Assembly (NCBI RefSeq): GCF_004010195.1
Contig: NC_057757.1
Coordinates: 6,520,682-6,568,818, forward strand
Direction of reading: 5' to 3'
DNA from: Chiloscyllium plagiosum
Lineage: Eukaryota
Length of the DNA: 48,137 nt
Shown here: positions 12,025 to 24,077 of the stretch, piece after piece
Layout: each line of letters begins with the position of its first letter
Numbering within the stretch: the stretch's first letter is position 1
Position numbers and translations under genes: made by a program
The notes under the pieces: generated by a model
Seen by the model: the letters and a program-made list of their open reading frames with translations, nothing else
Told to the model about the DNA's origin: nothing
Database searches by the model: none

Positions 12025-12490
12025 GGGCACGATGCCTCAGTGGTTAGCACTGCTGCCGTACAGCGCCAGGGATCTGGGTTCGATTCCAACCTCTGGTGGC
12101 TGCTCATGTGGAGTTTGCACATTCTCCCCATGGCTGTATGGGTTTCCTCCCGCAATCCAAGGGGTGATTGGGCGTGCTAAATTGCCCCATAGTGCCCAGG
12201 GATGTGCAGGTTAGGGTGGATTGGCCGTGCTAAATTACCCATAGTGTTCGGGGATGTGCAGGTTAGGGTGGATTGGCCATGCTAAATTACCCATAGTGTC
12301 CAGGGATGTGCAGGTTAGGGTGGATTGGCCGTGATAGATTACCCATAGTGTCCAGGAGTGTGCACGTTAAGTGCATGAGTCTGGGGAAATGTAAAGTAAT
12401 AGGGTTCTGGGTGGGTTCCTCTTTGGAAGGTCAGTGTGGACTTGTTGGGCCGAAGGGCCTGCTTCCACACTGTTGGGGTTCTGTGATGTA
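12025..12490 (+). mobile_element. HE1-type tRNA-derived SINE with internal ~52-bp tandem expansion
   Basis: A/B-box head (cagtggttagcactgc...gggttcgattcc), repeated gattggccgtgctaaattacccatagtgtccagggatgtgcaggttagggtg, and LINE-like tail gggccgaagggcctg. Confidence 0.88.
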
Positions 12491-13441
12491 GCAGCTTGCT
12501 GCAATGGAGCGTTTGCCCGGCCTGTTTCAGGTGAGCCGGTGCCTGTCCTGACTGAGCCCCCATGAGTGCCGTGCAGTCTGTTCAAACACACTCGTGTCTG
12601 TCATTGTGTCTACTCATAATATTTACACTGGGCTCCTGCCAAAAGGTTCCTGCGCAGCGGAGCTCATCGGGATGTTCGTGCCCTGTCGGGAGTGGGGGAT
12701 GGAAGGTTTGGAGAAGGAAGCAGCGCACTGTGTTATCATCAAACCCCAGTCAGCTGGTTCACATGGAGGAAGAGTTTCCCCTGTCTTCCCTTCCGTTAGA
12801 CCGAGGATTTGCACTGTGCTGCTATTCCCTCACAAATGACAGAAGGCTGAGCCACAAGAGGAGGCCATTCACCCCAGCCAGGCTGTGCCAGCTCTCTGAA
12901 AGGGCTATCCCGCCCTCTCCCGGACTTCCCTCTGGACAGATTTGTCTGATTTCTGCGCCTGTACCCTCCTTGGAAACGTATCAGACCTCTCATACAGCCT
13001 TCCAGACCGTGTGCACATCCAGCTTATGGATCGTTTGCATCAATCTTCCCTGTGTTCCCCGTCTGTCCTGCCTGTGGGAAGTTCCCCCCCACCCCACCCC
13101 CGTCCAGTCTTGATGAAACCCCTCATGGGTTTGAGCACCTGTACTCAATGCCACGCCCCTGACCCCTGACCCTTCTCTGCTGTAAGGAGCGTGATCCCAT
13201 TTACCTCTACACCAATGGAAGCCCCTCGTCCCTGGTCGTCTTCTGATAAAGCTTCTCTGCACCTTACCCAGAGGCCTGGATGCCTTTCCTAAGGTGTGGT
13301 AGGGAGCACGGTGTTTCAGCCATTCACCCCACCCCCCCGTGGGGTTTCAGCGCGGCCTCCTCCCCTTCGGGACGTTGTTGTGATCGGGCCCCGTCACTGC
13401 ATGTGGTGGTGAAGTGACTCCTGTCTCTCCCTCCCCACCAG

Positions 13442-13623
13442 TTTCCTGAGCCTCAATCCACATCGGTGTCGCCGGTCCCCCCTGCCCAGGACGGCAGCCC
13501 TTCCCGAAAGCTCCGTGCCTCGGAGGCCAGCGCTGCCGGCTCTCTCCGGTTCGTCTCGCCCATGCAGACGCTGGCCAAGTCCATGCTGTCGGTCGGAACG
13601 CAGCCGGACAGTGACGACGACAG
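13442..13623 (+). CDS. TSC22D4: TSC22D4 second coding exon
   Basis: Acceptor ctgtctctccctccccaccag|TTT, phase 0. Encodes FPEPQSTSVSPVPP...MQTLAKSMLSVGTQPDSDDD(S), resembling TSC22D4 LAHSMLAISGHLDSDDDS. Donor GACAG|gtacgc is phase 2, the usual junction before the TSC-box exons. Confidence 0.85.
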
Positions 13624-13676
13624 GTACGCCTGGCCACCTGGGGTGGGAGGGGAGGTGAGGCGACAGGAGGTGCAGA

Positions 13677-13840
13677 ACCCCAATCCCCCACAGAGGGAGG
13701 GTCGGGGGGGGGGAGCGACAGACCCACGAGACCCCCAATCCCCCACGGAGGGAGGGTGGGGAGTGACAGGCCCGCGAGACCCCCAATCCCCTACAGAGGG
13801 AGGGTGGGGAGCGACAGGCCTGTGAGACCCCCAATCCCGT
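13677..13840. repeat. 48-bp tandem repeat, ~3.3 copies
   Basis: acccccaatcccccacggagggagggtggggagtgacaggcccgcgag units at 13731 and 13779 plus flanking copies. Confidence 0.85.
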
Positions 13841-14929
13841 GGAAGGCTGCGATACGTCACCCCCAAGTAATGCTCCCCGTGTGGGGGGAATGGGGGCCGG
13901 GCTGGCTGTGTGGGCAGGGGGATGGTCCTGCCATCTGNNNNNNNNNNNNNNNNNNNNNNNNNNNNNNNNNNNNNNNNNNNNNNNNNNGGGGATAATTCAT
14001 CGGAACCATTGCAGCACTCATTCAGATTCAGGCATCAGTAGCCCCCCCCACCTCCGTTTTCCCCCCCCGCCCACCCACAAAGACGTGAATGAGTCAGTGG
14101 ATCTGCTGCTAGTGATGAGTACTTTGACTTCTCAGGACCCTCGGTAACAGTGTCACTGTTTTGTGATCAGGAAGCAAATGGTTTTAATTACAGAACTGTT
14201 ATCGTGCAGGAGGAGGCTATTCGGCCCCACCATCTATGTGCTCGCTATTCAAACCAGCATGAATACCCGGTGCCCGTCCCCCTCCCATTTCCCCCATAGC
14301 CCTTCTCACAGTTAACTAGCCAAATAATCATCTCTTGAATGCTTCACTTGAACCTGCCTCCTCCCCATGTCCAGCTGGTGTGTTCCAGATCCTAACTACT
14401 TATTGTGGCGGGGCAGGTAGCAAACTATTTCTATCATCACCCTTGCTTTGTCTGTCCATCACTTTATAAATCTGGTCCCTTTCCCAAGTGGGTGCAGTTG
14501 CTCTCTATCACCACCCATTCCTGGGTTTGAAAGCCTCGATCAGAACTCCCTCTTTCTGTCGAAGGGGAACAGTCCCAATTCCTTCACCAACGCAGACAGA
14601 AGTTGCTGGAAAAGCTCAGTGGGTCTGGCTGTCTCCGCGTGGAGAAAGCAGAATGACCGTTTCAGGTCCAGTGACCCTCATTCACTCCATCCTCATCTGT
14701 GAAGTTTCTCCTTCCTGGGACCATTGTGGTATGTCGCTTCTGTGCACTCTTTCCCCAATGCATTCGCATTCCCCCAACGTGGCACCTACGACTGTACGCA
14801 GTACTCCGGCTGAGTACTTTGTTAGGAGATGTCTGAACTTTCGTGTGTGATCAGCCACAGTGGACGTGTGCTGTGCTGCTGATGGTGTCCCCCTAGATGT
14901 GGAGAGACGCTGCCGATAAGTGGGAATGT

Positions 14930-15285
14930 GCTTCCTCGGCACTTCAAATGCACAGCTACGCAACATACTGCAGCAACTCGCCAAGGCTGCTTGGACAGCA
15001 CCTCCCAACCCACCCCCGTGTCTACCAGGAAGGACAAGGGCAGCAGATGCATGGGAACACCATGGTCTGCATGTCACCTCTCCTAGCCACGTACCTTCCT
15101 AACCTCGGAAACATATCTCTGTTCCTTCAGCTGGGTCAAAATCCAGGAAGTTGCCAGTCCTGTATACAGCGTGTGTTCCTTCTTTCACCACATGGACTGC
15201 AGCATTTCAAGGAGGCAGCTCTCGCTGCTGCTACCACCTCATGGGCAAGACATACTGACCCAGCCAGCATTGCCCATGAACGCAG
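14930..15285 (+). mobile_element. Old L2/CR1-group LINE 3' fragment
   Basis: aggacaagggcagcagatgcatgggaacaccat...ttcaaggaggcagctc. Related copies at ~11530-11830 (-), ~41435-41620 (+) and ~42895-43185 (+). Confidence 0.6.
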
Positions 15286-15469
15286 TACAGAAATAAGTCC
15301 TATTGCTTGTAGAGAGCTCCTCCGACCCAATGTGATGGCAGGTGGTCTGTGGGTGGGGGTGGTGCGGGGTGCGTGATGAATACCTGAGGCAAAATTGTGA
15401 TGGTGGTGTCTGCTGTTTGAATTCAGGAAAGAAATAGTCCCTTCTGCCAAACCCAAGGATTGAACATAG

Positions 15470-15765
15470 GGGTGGCATGGTGATTCAGTGGTTAGCATTG
15501 CTGCCTCACGGCGCCAGGGACCCAGGTTCGATTCCAGACTCGGGCGACTGTCTGTGTGGAGTTTGCACATTCTCCCCGTGTCTGTGTGGGTTTGCTCCGG
15601 TTTCCTCCCACAGTCCAAAAATGTGCAGGTTAGGTGAATTGGCCATAGTGTTAAGTAAGGGGTAAATGTAGGGGAGTGGGTCTGGGTGGGTTGCTCTTCG
15701 GAGGGTTGGTGTGGACTTGTTGGGCCGAAGGGCCTGTTTCACACTGTAGGGAATCTAATCTAAAC
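15470..15765 (+). mobile_element. HE1-type SINE
   Basis: Full head, body and tail. Confidence 0.9.
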
Positions 15766-16384
15766 AAAACGTTACTGAAGTGTGGTTGGCTGTTGTTACT
15801 GGACTGAAGGGATCCACAAGGCAATGGATAAACAGGGGTGAGCCGTCCCAATTGGCTGAAGGAGAAAGCCAGCCGCCAAGTTGGCATTGCAGTGCAGCTT
15901 CCAGAGTGGGAACTGAACCCGTGACCTTTGAGGTCACTCGGAGTTAGCAATCAGCCAAGGCTGCTGCCTTTGTGCAGCCTTCAAGGGGCAGGGAGGGCTG
16001 CTGCCAGGGAGGTGAAATCAGCACAACCCAGGGCCTCTGTGAAGCTGGTGCTATCTTGCTGCACTAGGGCAGGCTCTCTGTTCTTTGCTGTGTGTACACA
16101 AGATAGTGAATCAGCTCGTGACCAAACAGCCAGCTCTACGTTCGGCTTGGCACAGACCTCACAGAGCGCTGGGTGACGTGAGCAGTGCGGCCTCTGGGGG
16201 CCATCACCATCACGTGCTGCAGAACCTTGGCTCGATGCAGAGCTGCTTAGACAGTGGCTCAGGGTGTCGGGTATCAAACAATCCCATCACTTGGCGGGCA
16301 GGTGGCCCAGAGCTTGCTTGGGAGGGAAGGATGGGTTTCAAGGAGACGAGAGAGGCAGGGAGGTCTGAGGAAGGGAAATCCAGA

Positions 16385-16676
16385 GATTAGATTTTAGATT
16401 AGGTTAGATTCCCTACAGTGTGGAAACAGCCCCCTTCCACCCCTGGTCCGGACAGTAACCTACCCAGACCCACCTCCCTCTGACTAATGCATAGCACAGC
16501 CAATCCACCTGACCTGCACATCTTTGGACTGTGAGAGGAAACCGGAGCACCCGGAGGAAACCCACGCAGACACGGGGAGAACGTGCAAACTCCACACAGA
16601 CAGTCGCCCTGAGGTGGGAATTGAACCCGGGTCTCTGGCGCTGTGAGGCAGCAGAGCTAACCACTGAGCCACCGTA
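16385..16676 (-). mobile_element. HE1-type SINE
   Basis: Reverse-complement head at 16600-16676 and tail repeats agattag. Confidence 0.9.
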
Positions 16677-17399
16677 CGGCCCTAGAGCTCGCAGCTGAGG
16701 GAGCACGGAGGCTCACAGCGCTGGAGGTCAAGGCAGAGACCTGGAGCAGTGCAGGGATAGGGGATTTTGGCGGACGGTTCGGAGTGGGGGTGGCGTGGCT
16801 GTCTTACCGGGGCCCAGCTTCTCTGATGTAACCCGTAACTGCCGGGTTCCCAGCAGGGTTTGACTGTCCTGTTCGTCTGTCCACTCTGGGCTGCCTCCTC
16901 ACAGACCAGTCTGGCTGATGGAACGTAGTCCATTTGTCAGAGTCCAGCAGGGTACGGTCCAAATCTGTCCGAGGTGAGAGCTGGCATCAGCTGTGACAGC
17001 GTCCAGTCAGGAGCTGTTACCGGGTTGTGGTGGAGCTCCTGCCCTGGTTTTGGCTCATACAAAGCAGTTGTCGATAAGAATTTTACCGGCAAGCTTTGGG
17101 TCTCTTTACTGTTTCCTCTCTAAACTCAGCAGTCGGGCAGTATTACTGCGTTGTGTTAGATTGTGAGGAGGGATTGTTAGGCAAAGAAAGTGCTTGCACA
17201 TGGTAATTCTGGCACACAAAGGAAGCTACTCGGCCCATTGAGTCTCTGTTGGAGGGATCCAGTCAGTCCCATTTCCCCCAGTCCAGGCCTGGAACCCTAT
17301 GATTAATTCCCTCAGACGCTGGTCTGACTTCCTCCCGAAATGATCAGCTGCCTCCCCATCCACTGGGCATCACAGGCAACGGGCTCGACGTCGCTACCT

Positions 17400-17655
17400 G
17401 GTTTCAGTGTTCGGCCTGCCGTTCCTCCTCCGGCTGCTCTGGTTTCCTACCACACTCCGAAGATGTGCAGGTCAGGGCCGTGGGAAATTGCCCAGAGTGT
17501 CCAGGGACGGGCAGGCTGGGTGGGTTAGCCATGGGAAATGCAGGGTTACAGGGATAGGATACGGCGGGGTCTGGGTGGAACGCTGCTCGGAGGATTGGTT
17601 TCGATTCGATGGGTGGAATGGCCTCTTTCCAGGCTGTAGGGATTTTATGATTGTA
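17400..17655 (+). mobile_element. HE1-type SINE, 5'-truncated
   Basis: Body and tail motifs. Confidence 0.8.
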
Positions 17656-18675
17656 TAAGACAACACATAGCAATGGTTGCTTGTGTCCTGTTTGCGTACC
17701 TCTCCCTGCTCCGACCTCAGCTGCTGCCAGTGTTCACCCCCCCCCCCCCCCCCCCGGGGCCCCCTCCCGGCCCCTGCATATACCCACCTACCCTGGCCAA
17801 GCCACTGATGGCAGAGCCTGCGATATCCAAGCATGGGTCCCTGTAATTCCCATGTCACATACAGTAGCTGTTTGTAAGAAGCACCTTAACGTGCCTCTCT
17901 ATGATCCACCGTCCCACGGTGCTCACTCACCCCTCGGCTACAATGTCGTCTTGATGTTTATGTTCTCACCTTCATATTCAGGTCCGTCCATTGCAGAGCT
18001 CTCTCTCTCTGTAACCTCCTTGAGCCCCACAATCCTCCCACGATCGCCAAGGCTCCCCTTATTCTGGGTTCCAGTCAATCGTAATTTCAATCACTCCACC
18101 CCATTGGCAACCATGCCTTCAGCTACACCTTCATCTACCTGAGCCACAATTTCCTCTCTCAATCCATCCGTCTCTCTCTGTCTCCCTCCCTCTTTCTCTC
18201 TGTACCTCCCAATCCCCCTACCCCCTTCCCAACTCTGCTCTCCCCCACGCTGTGGCTCCCCCTCCCCCTACCCCACTCTTTCTGTCCTCCTCTGTGTCTA
18301 TCTCTCTGACCAATCTCTCTGCTGGTTATCTCCTTCCTATCTGCATTTGTGTGTCCGTGTCAAGTTTAGTTTGTCAGTTCCAATTCCTAGAAAGGGTGGT
18401 TTGCCTTCTGAAGAAGGGCTGAGCAGGCTATCTGCCTGTACTCACTGGCGCTGTGGGGACTTCATTTCAATGGAAAGCTTCTGAAGGATCTTTCCTGGGT
18501 GGGGGTGGGAAGGGTGGCCCCATTTGTTGTGAAGTTTAGAACGAGCGCGCACTGTTGTAAAATAAAATTTGACAGAGAAGGAGACGTTTCTTCTCTGGTT
18601 GAGAATCTTTGGAACTCTTCCTGAAAATACACTGGTAGAGGAATATGGTTTCTTGATAATCAGTTCTTTGAAGTT

Positions 18676-19320
18676 GTGTCACATGTAGACAGGTTGGTTA
18701 AGAAGGTGTTTAGCACACATGCCTTCATTGCTCAGACCTTGGGGTACAGGAGCTGGGACGCCATGTTGAGATTATACAGGACTTTGGAGAGGTCCCTTCT
18801 GGAGCACTGTGTCCAGTTCCGGTCACCCTGTTATAGGAAGGATGTTATTAAGCTGGAGAGGGCTCAGAAGGGATTTACTGGTCAGTTCCCAGGAATGGAG
18901 GTTTTGGGTGATAAGGAGAGGCTGGAATAGGCTGGGAATGTTTTCACTGGACTGTAGGAGGTTGAGGGGTGACCTTCTAGAGGTTTATAAAATCATAAGG
19001 GGCATGGGTAGGGCAGGTGTCTTATCCCGAGGATGGGGGGATTTCCAGACTCTGGGGCATATTTCTAAGGTGAAGAGGAGAAAAGGGCAATTTCTTTTTT
19101 TTTTTTACAGAGTGGTGTGTCTGTGTGTCTGTGTGTCTGTGTGTCTGGAATGAACTTCCTGAGGAAGTGGTAGATGTTCAAAAGACATTTGGATAAGTAC
19201 ATTGGTAAGAAATGTTTGGAGGGATATGGGCCGAGCGCAGGCAGGTGGGACGTTTAGTTTGGGCTTAAGGTCGGCACGGACTGGTTGGGCCGAAGGGTCT
19301 GTTTCTGGGCTGCATGACAA
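18676..19320 (+). mobile_element. HER1/CR1-type LINE 3' fragment
   Basis: YRSWDAMLRLYRTL...EHCVQF...YRKDVIKLERAQK, frameshifted, ending in the family tail. Confidence 0.88.
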
Positions 19321-19759
19321 TGGCCATATCCTAAAAATGGTGGAGTGTTCTTATTTTTTGGTCGGGGGAGGAGATGGAATGATGATCAGGCTTGAGGGGC
19401 TGAATGGCCGTCTCCTCTTAACCTGTATTATCAGATGTAACACTTCTTACGAGCATAAGAGCTCAAGAGTATGAATAGGCCGTTCAGCCCATCGAGCCAG
19501 CTTTGCTGTTCAGTATGGTCATGGCTGACCTGCTTGTGGCTTCTCTCCACTGTCATGTCAACCCCCTCCCCCAGTGTCCTTTTGCTCCCTTGTTGGTGAA
19601 GAATGTATCTGTGTCTTAAACATATTCACTGACTCCTGCCTTCCCCCAGCCTCTGAGTTTTCCCACCCATTCACAGTCCGCAGGGAGGAAGTTCCTCCTT
19701 GTCTCCATCTTCAGTGGGAGACTTTATTCTTAAACTCTGACCTCTCCCAACTTGGAAGC

Positions 19760-20072
19760 ATAGAATCCCTACAGTGTGGAAGCAGGCCGTTTGGCCCATC
19801 AGCGATAATGACCTCCTGAAGAGCATCTCATCCGGGCTCCCTGACCTTATCCCTGTAACCCTGCACTTCCCATGGCTAATCCACCGAGCCAGTGCACCCC
19901 TGGGCACTATATGAGTAATTTAGCACAACCAATCCACCGTAACCTGCACATCTTTGGACTGTGGGAGGAAACCCACGGAGAACGTGCAGACTCCACACAC
20001 AGTCGTCCGAGGGTGGAATCGAACCCGGGTCCTTGGTGCTGGGAGGCAGCAGTGCTAACCACTGAGCCACCA
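19760..20072 (-). mobile_element. HE1-type SINE
   Basis: Head and tail motifs on the minus strand. Confidence 0.88.
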
Positions 20073-20702
20073 GATCACCCATTCACTCTCCACCCTTTCA
20101 GAAAGTGCTTAAACCCCTCAGTGATGCTTATTGTGTTAATGGTGTTAAACAAATACGTGTTATTCCGCATCAGTGACCTGGGTTCTGGAGTTTCACTGTT
20201 GTGGGTGGGTCGGCAGAGTTCGGGAGCTTGTGACTGTATGGCATGTAGTGCATTTAACAGTTATTTATTGCACTCAGCTGATGCCTTTTGTATGTTACCT
20301 TTGTCACGTGTACCAGCTCCCTTGCCGTCTGAGGCGAGCTGTCTCCCATGCACTAACAACAAGGAGGGTGGCTAACATGAAAGTGCCTTTAACTTTCAAA
20401 ATAAAGAAATCTCCACCCTTCCAAGTTACGTGAGGTACAAGACAGAACTGAGCTGAAGCAGCACGTCCGTGAACTGAGTCTTGAGAGTCTGGAAAGAGAC
20501 AGGGGTGTGGTATCGTTAGGCAATGTTCAAATCCCATCACTGCCGACAGTGGAGTTTGAGCTCACTAAAAATCTGGAATCTGGTCGAGTGCTGATCGGGA
20601 ATCCAATTGTTGGAAAAACCCATCTGGTTCACTAGTGGGCTGGAAACCTGGTCTGACCCACTGCAATACGGGTGAAGCTTTGCAATGGCTAAGGGCAATA
20701 AA

Positions 20703-20800
20703 TCAAGATTAGAGTGTGGGGCTGGAAAAGCACAGCTGGTCAGGCAGCATCCGAGGAGCAGGAGAGTCGACGTTTCGAGCAAAAGCCCTTCATCAAGAAT
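20703..20800 (-). mobile_element. Hairpin-family half element
   Basis: gctggaaaagcacagc...gagagtcgacgtttcgagcaaaagcccttcatcaag, inserted in an older SINE. Confidence 0.65.
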
Positions 20801-21444
20801 AACAATAAATATTAGCCTGGCCTCACCTGGCAAATAAATCAGAAACAGAAGATTAATGGAGGTCAGGGAAATGAGCAAAAGGCGAGGGCTTTCAGAAGAA
20901 CTGCAAGTTCTGCCCTGTGACGGTTACATCTCGTTTACCGAATGCGATTCATTTCCATTGCTTTTGTGTGGATTCATGTCACGTTTGCCGCACTGAAAGC
21001 AGGCCATTCAACCCGTCAGCTTTATGCTGCAAATGCAGGTGTTCCCACACCGTGTTGATCTCACCGCGTCAGCAGTTCCCTTGTCCCTAGTGTGTTTATC
21101 CAGCCGCCCCTATCAGGGCAGTGCTGCTGTTTCTCCTCGCTCGCTCGCTCCCCATAGGAGCGGGTCCCACATTCTCCCCACTCCAAGTGAAGACATTTCT
21201 TCCGGAATTCCCAGTAGGATTTGTCAGTGACTGCCACCTGTCAATGACCCTGGTTTTCATCTCCCAACATGTGGGGACTTTTTTTTAATAGTTGTGTTAT
21301 CCTTTAACAGTGTAAGAAGTCTGTAACAAACCACTTGTCAGAATCGTGTGCCTCAAAGAGAGAGCCTCCTTCGATTCAGACTTTCCTGTTGCTATATACT
21401 GTCTTGGTACATTCCTTGGGAATATGCTGTACCGTATAGCATTA

Positions 21445-22510
21445 AAACGTCATAGAGGTCTGCAGCATGGAAACAGGCCCTTCGGCCCACCTTACCCATG
21501 CTGTGCAGTTTTCACAATTTAAACGAGTCCCATTTGTCTGCGTTTGGCCCACATCCTTCCATATATGGTCCTGTTCACTGTACTCACTTCCACCGCGTTT
21601 CATGGTAAGGTCCTGGGGAGTGTTGCTGAACAAAGAGACCTTGGAGTGCAGGTTCATAGCTCCTTGAAAGTGGAGTTGCAGGTAGATAGGATAGTGTAGA
21701 AGGCATTTGGTATGCTTTCCTTTATTGGTCAGAGTATTGAGTACAGGAGTTGGCAGGTCATGCTGTGACTGTACAGGACATTGGTTAGGCCACTATTAGA
21801 ATATTGTGTGCAATTCTGGTCTACTTCCTATCGGAAAGATGTTGTGAAAGGGTTCAGAAAAGATGTTGCCTGGGTTATGAGGGCCATGGATAGGATAAAT
21901 AGACAAAGTCTTTTCCCTGGGGTCAGGGAGTCCAGAACTAGAGGGCATAGGTTTAGGGTAAGAGGAGAAAGATATAAAAGAGACCTAAGGGGCAACATTT
22001 TCACACACAGGGTGGTACGTGTATGGAACGAGCTGCCAGAGGAAGTGGTGGAGGCTGGTACAATTACAGCATTTAAGAGGCATTTGGATGGGGATATGAA
22101 TCGGAAGGGTTTGGAGGGATATGGGCCGGGTGCTGGCAGGTGGGGAGTTGGGTTGGGATATCTGGACGGGTTGGGCCGAAGGGTCTGTTTCCGTGCTGGA
22201 CATCTCTATGGCACTACATCTGGCAGCCTGTTGCAGACACTTGCCCTACCCTCAGCATGAAACAAATCGCCCCTCTGGACCCTTTCGTGTCTCTTCCCCC
22301 TCTCATCTTCAACCCATGCCCTCTGGTTTTAGATTTCCCCCTACCCTGGAGAAAAGCTGACCACTATCGACCTGGGCCATGCCCCTCATGATTTTATACA
22401 ACTCCATAAGGCCACCCTTCAGCCTCCTCCGCTGCAGGTAAGGAAGTCCCAGCCTATCTAACCTCTCCTTTTAAATCAAACCTTCCAATCCAGGTAGCGT
22501 CCTCGTAAAT
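21445..22510. mobile_element. HER1/CR1 LINE fragments
   Basis: Minus tail 21445-21575, plus 21600-22210 (LVRPLLEYCVQFWS...WNELPEEVVEAG) and minus 22260-22510. Confidence 0.88.
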
Positions 22511-23379
22511 CATCCCCGCTTTCTCGAACCTCCTCCAGCTCCTCTGTGTTTAACAGTCCTGTCAATTCAGCCCCGTGCTCATGTTTATCTTCTGCACGTG
22601 CATTACCCCATCAGCATTTCCTTCTGTATCCAGGCTCCTGAACCACTTCCTGTGGAAACGGGTTTAACGTTCTCACCACCCTCTCTGGTGTTTCTCCCTG
22701 AATTCCTCGCGTTAACCACAGGATCGTGACCGTGCAGGTATCAACCAGAACTCTCAGCATTTTGGCTCTGCGCCCATTTCCTGTAACGCCCCGCGCGTCG
22801 TCGGCTAATCCTCTTTCTGGTGCCTGGATTGAAGCTGCCTCCACCCACCCCACCCCCGACGTGACACTGAGTCCAGAGTGGTTGACCCTCCCAGAGCTGC
22901 CTTGGTCCGGACCCCACCCTGGGTGCGCTGAGTGGCGGGGCATAGCAGAAAGCGGGCAACGTTGTGCTTTCAGGAGATGGGTGCCCCTTTGTTGCCAGGC
23001 AAGGAGGTTTATACACCGCCCTGGGCCCTGTACGGTTGCCCGAGAGCTTGCCAGCACTCTGTGTACTCTGCCAGTCTCGTGATGGTGAGGTCATGGTGTT
23101 CCAAGTGAGGATCTGAGCCTCAGGCACACCGACCTAGTTGTGGAGGATTAGCTGCATTACAAACCTCTCCTCTACAGCTTTGTGTTTCACTTGGAGCGTG
23201 TCGTGCCGTTGGCTTCCCAGGCGTTGGGGGGCAGCCAAGGTCCCTTCCTCTCAGGGTGAAGGCTGGGGAATCCCATCGGCGCTTTGCTGCTACATTGTTT
23301 GCCTGAGGTTGGCGCCGAATGTCAGTAATCTCTGGTAAATCCCCCCCCTCCCCCACCCACTTTGCTCTGTAACTCTCCA

Positions 23380-24070
23380 TCGTGGGCAGCATGGGAACAA
23401 GGCGAGGCCATTCAGCCCTTCCAACCAGTTCTGCAGTTCAACAAGATTCCCACCTCAACTCCGCATTCCCAATGTTCTTTCATCCCCTTGGGCATCAAGA
23501 ACCTCTGTGTCTTAAACAGAGGGAAAGATTCCTTAGCCACTGCCTTTGAAGAAGGGACTTCCAAAGACACTCAACTAGGATCTAGAACTAGGGGTCAGTG
23601 TTTAAAAATAAAGGGGTGGCCATTTAAAACAAACATTTATTTTCATCTGAGAGGAAAACATGTTTCCTCATGTTTGTTTTAAATGGCCATCCCTTTATTT
23701 TTAAACACTGACCCCTAGGTTCTCGATTTCTCCCACATGAGGAAATATCCAAGGCACCTCAGCATCTTCCATGTTTTAATTAATTTGCCTCTGACTCTCC
23801 TAACCTGCAGCGGTTACAGGGCCTAGCCTGTTTCACTTTTCCTCAGAAGGCAATCTGTTCATTCCAGGTATGAGTCTAGTCAAGCGTCTCAGTCCCGCTT
23901 CCATTGGTGCAGTGACCAGTAATGTACGCACAGTACTGTGGTCTCCCCACTGCTCTGTATAACTGAAAGATAACCTCGCTCCTCTTGCATTCAATTTCCC
24001 TCGCAAACAAAATGACATTTTGTGAGTTTTTCTGATGACTTTCACTAACCGCAAACTAACCTTCTGCAAT
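23380..24070. mobile_element. Older CR1 fragments including a fold-back junction
   Basis: SRTRGQCLKIKG-type text on both strands and a minus-strand CR1 ORF2 remnant. Confidence 0.7.
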
Positions 24071-24077
24071 TCTTGGG

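Noticed and set aside
15470..15545. tRNA gene-like A/B boxes (also other SINE heads)
   Set aside because: They continue into SINE body and tail, and no complete cloverleaf is seen.
16085..16390. Possible alternative TSC22 first exon (His-rich ORF)
   Set aside because: No resemblance to the short-isoform N-termini of TSC22D1 or TSC22D3, and splice signals are weak.
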